Source: Thermodesulfobacteriota bacterium
Lineage (GTDB): Bacteria; Desulfobacterota; Desulfobacteria; Desulfobacterales; SURF-7
Length of the DNA: 21,782 bases
Assembly (NCBI GenBank): GCA_049320885.1
Contig: JBMORA010000023.1
Location: 1-21,782, forward strand
Direction of reading: 5' to 3'
The notes under the pieces are model-generated. The model saw nothing but the letters and a program-made list of their open reading frames with translations. It had not been told where the DNA came from and did no database searches. The stretch's first letter is position 1; each line of letters opens with the position of its first letter. The position numbers were made by a program, and so were the translations under genes. This document shows, one piece after another, positions 17,286-21,782 of the stretch.

Positions 17286-17679
17286 AAATGAAGTCCCTGA
17301 GGCGTTTTTTTCGGATCATGGTGGTGTAAGGCATCATATCCGTTTGGTCATAAAGCATTTTTTTCAGTAATCGCGCAAACGTGCTGGCGTCCTTTTTCAG
17401 TGCAATGCCGGTACAGATCGCCTGTTTGAGAATGAGGCCGGAAACGGCATTGAGATCGACCAGGTCAACATCAAAAGAAATCAGGCGGGAGGCTTCATGG
17501 ATCAAGTTGATTCTTTCTTGAAACGAAAGCGCTTGATCGGCAGCCACGGCGATATCGATGTCGCTTCCCGGAACGAGACGGTTTCGCGCCGCCGATCCGA
17601 ACAGGATGGCGCACCGGATATCCGGTCGGTTCTGGAAGTACCCCCGGAGAGGTCGGATGATATGGGTTTCTGTATTCAT
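17278..17679 (-). CDS. mntA: MntA-like adenylyltransferase antitoxin
   Basis: FGSAARNRLVPGSDID = GS-X10-DXD; VDLVDL; adjacent to the HEPN gene. Confidence 0.88.
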   Translation of the reverse strand: MNTETHIIRPLRGYFQNRPDIRCAILFGSAARNRLVPGSDIDIAVAADQALSFQERINLIHEASRLISFDVDLVDLNAVSGLILKQAICTGIALKKDASTFARLLKKMLYDQTDMMPYTTMIRKKRLRDFIYG

Positions 17680-17710
17680 GGTCGATACATCATGGGAATG
17701 TGGCGGATCA

Positions 17711-17989
17711 TCAGCGCTGGGGTATGTTTTTCAGCACCGGGTCCAGCTTCCGGCGGGCATGGTACAGTTCATACACCTGCTGGAGCTTCAGCCAGATATG
17801 GGGACTGGTGTCGAACCATTTGCCGAGCCGGAGAGCCGTGTCGGCCGTGATGGCTCTTTTCCCGGCTATGATCTGGGAAATCCGATTCGCCGGGACTTGA
17901 ATGGCTCTGGCGAGCTCCGCGGCGTTCATGCCGAGCTTATCCAGTTTGTCTGCCAATATTTCTCCGGGATGAGAGGGTGGATGTGCCAT
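17711..17989 (-). CDS. higA: HigA-family (VapI) HTH antitoxin/regulator
   Basis: HPGEIL, ELARAIQVPANRISQIIAGKRAITADTALRL and WLKLQ signatures; AAGGA upstream of the ATG. Confidence 0.9.
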   Translation of the reverse strand: MAHPPSHPGEILADKLDKLGMNAAELARAIQVPANRISQIIAGKRAITADTALRLGKWFDTSPHIWLKLQQVYELYHARRKLDPVLKNIPQR

Positions 17990-18065
17990 GATGAATTTCC
18001 TTTTGCTGAAATTCTGATTTGTTGTCAGCGATATCCCGCAAACGGGATTGGCTGCCGACTACATG

Positions 18066-18087
18066 GTACGGATGACGTCAAATGTAC
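18066..18087. promoter_or_regulatory. Palindromic operator-like site upstream of higA
   Basis: GTAC-N3-TGACGTCA-N3-GTAC about 77 bp upstream of the higA ATG; contains TTGACG on the minus strand. Confidence 0.45.
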
Positions 18088-18416
18088 AACAAAAGGCAAA
18101 AAAAGAGAACGATTCAGAAGCCGCTTTTGCAGGTGGAACCGGTGTTGGATGAATGAGTTAAAAATAGAATATTACATGGTTATTTTGGCTCAGCAGGGAG
18201 GTAGTCACGCCCGGGACTGCATGCGGCCGCTCTCCGCTCTTGCGAAAACAGGCATCGGGAAAGGGGCTGGTGATCTCTTCAGATAGCTCCGCATGCTGGC
18301 TTACAAGAAGAAAATAATATAAAATAATGAAATTAAACAATAAATATTATTTATACCGGCTGAATCCACGAACAACCAACACATGGCTGAGACTTAGTTA
18401 GCCAAACAGAACGATG

Positions 18417-18450
18417 TTTATAATAACAGGGTGTTTTTGTCAACTGTTAT
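18417..18450 (-). promoter_or_regulatory. Possible sigma70 promoter overlapped by an inverted repeat
   Basis: Minus-strand TTGACA (18443-18438) followed by an AT-rich TATTATAAA -10-like region (spacing not ideal); ATAACAG-N14-CTGTTAT palindrome at 18423-18450. Confidence 0.4.
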
Positions 18451-18505
18451 ATTAGGCAACCATTCGGAGTGATTATGAATTAAGGACCGGTATCGCGGAA
18501 CGGGC

Positions 18506-19420
18506 TCATGGTTGCGCTCGAACCCGTTTTGTGATTTCCGTCGCCAGCCAGCGGGTAAACCTCGCGGAGCTGTCACTGTCCAAATGCACGCCGTCGGTTG
18601 TGGAAAAACCCGTGCAGTCCGGACGCGGCAGATAGGTGTATTGCATCGGATTGAAAATCTCATCGGTGACTTCTTTTATTGACTTGAAATTAACAGAATC
18701 CCGAAGTTGTTCCGCCACCGGCATTTCGAAAAGAAAAACGGTGATACCGGCTTTTTTCAAATAGTCTCGATAGGTAATCAGAATTTCCTTCTGTTCCGAC
18801 AGGACTGACTTTTCCGGTGGTATATTGTTCTCCCGAACAGTCTGCTCTATCACGTTATCCCGGACTTTCCGTTGCGCTTCCGTCAAAATTTCCACCGATT
18901 TTCCGGTATAGGCCGCTGGAAGCATTCCCCCCAGACCCACCCATCTCACCATGGAGCCAAGCCATGGAAGTGTACGCTGAATCGCCAGAGCAGCCAGACC
19001 GAAGGGTTGGTGCTTTTCCAGCAGAGCCGGAAAAGCTCTTCGCAGCGTATACAAGACTGGACTGAACAGGTTTTCGATAAACGGCCTGTTCATCGGTCTG
19101 GTAATGACGTTGGTTTCAATGAAGACAGCCAGGGGCTTTACCTGTAATCGCTTGATGATCTCAAGACCATCCTGAACGCTTTGACCGCTGAAGGAAAGAT
19201 TGTAACAATCGTTCGGGAGCAAATCGTTGTCCAACCGGACGGCCATCGAGGAGCCGACGATGACGATCCGGTATTCCTGCTTGGAATAAATGTATTCCTG
19301 GGCCCGGATGACATTATGCTGCCACTGCTTTTTTGAAAAAAAAAGCAATGAAACCACATAAACAAACACGTTGTAGGATAAAAAGAGAAGAACCGTCACC
19401 ACGATGCATTTTTTGATCAT
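18506..19420 (-). CDS. Membrane-anchored SGNH/DltD-like acyltransferase partner of the MBOAT protein
   Basis: N-terminal TM helix, IVIVGSS block I, C-terminal DGVH (DxxH); 14 bp downstream of the MBOAT gene. Confidence 0.7.
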   Translation of the reverse strand: MIKKCIVVTVLLFLSYNVFVYVVSLLFFSKKQWQHNVIRAQEYIYSKQEYRIVIVGSSMAVRLDNDLLPNDCYNLSFSGQSVQDGLEIIKRLQVKPLAVFIETNVITRPMNRPFIENLFSPVLYTLRRAFPALLEKHQPFGLAALAIQRTLPWLGSMVRWVGLGGMLPAAYTGKSVEILTEAQRKVRDNVIEQTVRENNIPPEKSVLSEQKEILITYRDYLKKAGITVFLFEMPVAEQLRDSVNFKSIKEVTDEIFNPMQYTYLPRPDCTGFSTTDGVHLDSDSSARFTRWLATEITKRVRAQP

Positions 19421-19434
19421 TGCAGGACCATTTG

Positions 19435-20850
19435 CTAAAATTGAAAATAAATGAAATCGGTCGGCGAACCACTATTGGTCAGAATCAGGAAAAACAGGGT
19501 TCCGTAAAGTATCGGGTCAAGCCGGGAAACGGTGGTATGGGAAACCCTGCTTCGGACCAGATAAAACAGGTGGTAGAAGATGAGAGGTAGAGCGTACAGG
19601 GTGATATGCAGCATCAGATGACTATTGGGCGGCAGTCCCAAATTTTTGAAAATTGCTTTAATAAAATCAATTGCTTGACGAAAATCGGGAAGTTTGAAAA
19701 GGAGCCAGGCGAAGGTCACGAGACTGAAAACGACAATGATCTGGAGAGCCTTTATCAAGGGATGATCGGGGAGCGTGAATCGCTGCCGCAGATATCGTTC
19801 CACCACCAGCAACAGGCCATGAAATGCCCCCCAAACGGCATAGCTCCATGCGGCACCATGCCAGAAGCCACCCAGCACCATCACGATCATTAGATTCAGA
19901 TAGGTTCGTTTGTTGCCTTTGCGATTGCCGCCCAGCGGGAAATACAGATACTCTTTTAAGAAGCCGGACAGGGACATATGCCATCGGGTCCAGAATTCCG
20001 AAAAGGATTTCGAAATATAGGGGTAATTAAAATTCTGGGGCAGTTTGTAGCCGAACAGCGCGGCAACACCGATGGCGATCAGGGAATAACCGGCGAAATC
20101 GGCAAAGAGTTGCAGGGAATAGCCAAACAGCAGAAACAGCAGGGTGATGCCGGACTGGGCTTGAAAGTAGGGAAAGGCAATCCAGAAGGTCAGATCTTTT
20201 AAATTATCCGCCAGCACCATTTTGAAAAAATACCCCAGCAGCAGGGTTTTGAAACAATACTCGATATCAATGGTTTCCATTCGTTTCGGTTGGATCTGCG
20301 GAATGAATTCACGGGCCTTGACGATCGGTCCGGCCAGGATCTGGGGGAAAAAGGAGATCATCAGGGTTGCGTTGACAATGTGACCGGACATGGTGGAGGC
20401 AACCAGCTTTCCCTTGCCTCGGCCGTCAGTCTCCCGAAAGGTATCCACCAGAAGGGTGATGGAAATAAAGGTAAAGAAGGAAACTCCGATGGGCAGGGGA
20501 ATCGTCAGGAGGAATTCACCGATGGAATCGGACGGGGTGAAAAAAGTTTTTCCGATCAGCGGGCTGTATTTAAAAAACGCCAAAAGGGAAAGATTGGCGG
20601 CGACCCCCAGGCCGGTAATCCATTTTCGATACTTGTCCGGAGACGCAGCAATTTTATAACTGACAAGAATATTGATGGCGATGGAGGACAGCAGCAGCAG
20701 CAATAAAACAGGTCTATTGACGGCATAGAAAATGAAGCTCGCCAGAATCAGTATTATCGGCTGGAGATTGAAAGTCCGGGAGATGGGCTGGTAATAAACG
20801 ACCAGTGTTATAAGTACCAAAATCAAAAAAGCAAAGCTGTTAAATAACAT
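19435..20850 (-). CDS. MBOAT family O-acyltransferase (AlgI/PatA/DltB-like)
   Basis: MLFNS start, LPIGVSFFTF, FFPQILAGPI, DFAGYS, NFNYPY, FWTRWHMSLS, GFWHGA catalytic His, C-terminal FIYFQF. Confidence 0.93.
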   Translation of the reverse strand: MLFNSFAFLILVLITLVVYYQPISRTFNLQPIILILASFIFYAVNRPVLLLLLLSSIAINILVSYKIAASPDKYRKWITGLGVAANLSLLAFFKYSPLIGKTFFTPSDSIGEFLLTIPLPIGVSFFTFISITLLVDTFRETDGRGKGKLVASTMSGHIVNATLMISFFPQILAGPIVKAREFIPQIQPKRMETIDIEYCFKTLLLGYFFKMVLADNLKDLTFWIAFPYFQAQSGITLLFLLFGYSLQLFADFAGYSLIAIGVAALFGYKLPQNFNYPYISKSFSEFWTRWHMSLSGFLKEYLYFPLGGNRKGNKRTYLNLMIVMVLGGFWHGAAWSYAVWGAFHGLLLVVERYLRQRFTLPDHPLIKALQIIVVFSLVTFAWLLFKLPDFRQAIDFIKAIFKNLGLPPNSHLMLHITLYALPLIFYHLFYLVRSRVSHTTVSRLDPILYGTLFFLILTNSGSPTDFIYFQF

Positions 20851-20993
20851 CGCGGCCCTGGTTCGGAAATAATCATTCGGTTATGCTGCATTGCCGGTCG
20901 GTATTCCGGCTTCGCGGCCGGTCGGTGAGTCCGGTGGTAGCATAGCTGCAGTTTTCGATCAATACCGATTTTCCCGATTTTCCCAGGGGGGGC

Positions 20994-21052
20994 CGGCGAA
21001 CACGGTAACCACGCTGATTTCCGAATGTGGAGTGTGGTTACCCTATTCGCCG
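20994..21052. repeat. Intergenic inverted repeat / stem-loop
   Basis: CGGCGAA-cac-GGTAACCACGCT-N15-AGTGTGGTTACC-cta-TTCGCCG. Confidence 0.6.
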
Positions 21053-21150
21053 TCGACGTTTGTGGAGCGCCTCCGGAAGGGCGTCCCAGGACAGCAGGCA
21101 AGGGGGGCGGTTACGGATTGCTGAACGGCGGGGGGCAACAATTTGTTCTT

Positions 21151-21696
21151 TTACGAGTTCGCCTTTTTTCGGGTGATCCCCAAGAGCAGGCATATTCCGG
21201 TGCCGAACAGCCACAGGGCGCTGGGAATCGGCACCGGGTTGGCGGCAGCGGGAGAGGACAGAGCTTCGATCATGAGCGAGACCCCGCCCACATTGTCCAG
21301 GAAATAGCTATCCGGTACATAAAAACGAACTTCGCTGTCCTGCTGCAAGGTGAAGCGCGTGCTCGTGGCGGTGGCCAATGCATTCAGGTCGGTGGCATAC
21401 ACCGTGGCATCGAGATACCCGATTTGGAATTCCTCGGATGACATCATATAGTTGATGCTCCAACCAAGGGTCGGAAGCAGCACCCATCCCCATGGATTCC
21501 AGGCATTGTATTTTCCACCCTCGGCGATTCCAATCGGTGTGACTTCATATTCGCCGGCGAGAAAAGACCCGATGACGGGACTGCCCATGCCGTTTGTTTT
21601 AGCGGTTATGTTGATGATGGCGGCGGAAGCCGAAGGGGCCGAGATTACCAATAAAAGAGCAATGCCCAAGATAGTTCGTGAGATGACCGGTTTCAT
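21151..21696 (-). CDS. PEP-CTERM-type (VPIP / VPLPA-like) exosortase-sorted surface protein
   Basis: Signal peptide ending ASA-A; C-terminus NPVPIPSALWLFGTGICLLLGITRKK = motif + TM helix + basic tail; AAGGAG 6 nt before ATG 21696. Confidence 0.85.
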   Translation of the reverse strand: MKPVISRTILGIALLLVISAPSASAAIINITAKTNGMGSPVIGSFLAGEYEVTPIGIAEGGKYNAWNPWGWVLLPTLGWSINYMMSSEEFQIGYLDATVYATDLNALATATSTRFTLQQDSEVRFYVPDSYFLDNVGGVSLMIEALSSPAAANPVPIPSALWLFGTGICLLLGITRKKANS

Positions 21697-21782
21697 AGGT
21701 TTCTCCTTCCAGAAATTCAATGAATTATGGTTGTGACGGAAGAATGTTTTGTGCGATGAGGCGGAATGCTTCCTGATGGGAC

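Noticed and set aside
17558..18340. 242-aa plus-strand ORF and 60-aa minus-strand ORF near higA as a missing toxin
   Set aside because: The first is antisense to higA/mntA; neither shows HigB/RelE features or a clear RBS.
19336..19344. A9 homopolymer (and T8 at 491-498) as phase-variation tracts
   Set aside because: Both ORFs are intact and short A/T runs are common in this AT-rich context.
21697..21782. Sigma54 promoter expected upstream of a PEP-CTERM gene
   Set aside because: No TGGCAC-N5-TTGC match within the available sequence.

Overview
All supported genes lie on the minus strand. The window looks like a cell-envelope locus of a Gram-negative bacterium; gene content and repeat style suggest a Desulfobacterales-like deltaproteobacterium (inference). 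In transcription order (right to left): a PEP-CTERM-type (VPIP) sorted protein; an MBOAT O-acyltransferase plus SGNH/DltD-like partner; an orphan HigA followed by an MNT-HEPN toxin-antitoxin pair; a ~134-bp REP/MITE-like element; a PDZ lipoprotein with ~12 Asp/Gly repeats; a composite block of four-helix-bundle pseudogene, second MNT-HEPN pair and intact four-helix-bundle gene; then an ABC-transporter (Wzm/Wzt) polysaccharide cluster with five methyltransferase-like genes, a GT11 glycosyltransferase, an AsnB-type amidotransferase and three GT-A/GT2 glycosyltransferases. The most unusual feature is that each four-helix-bundle gene (23S rRNA-IVS-protein/Avd-like family) is enclosed by inverted arrays of CAG(A/G)AGA heptamers. 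These could fold the mRNA into a long stem with the ORF in the loop, placed between a Shine-Dalgarno-like sequence and the SD-less start codon of the next gene.
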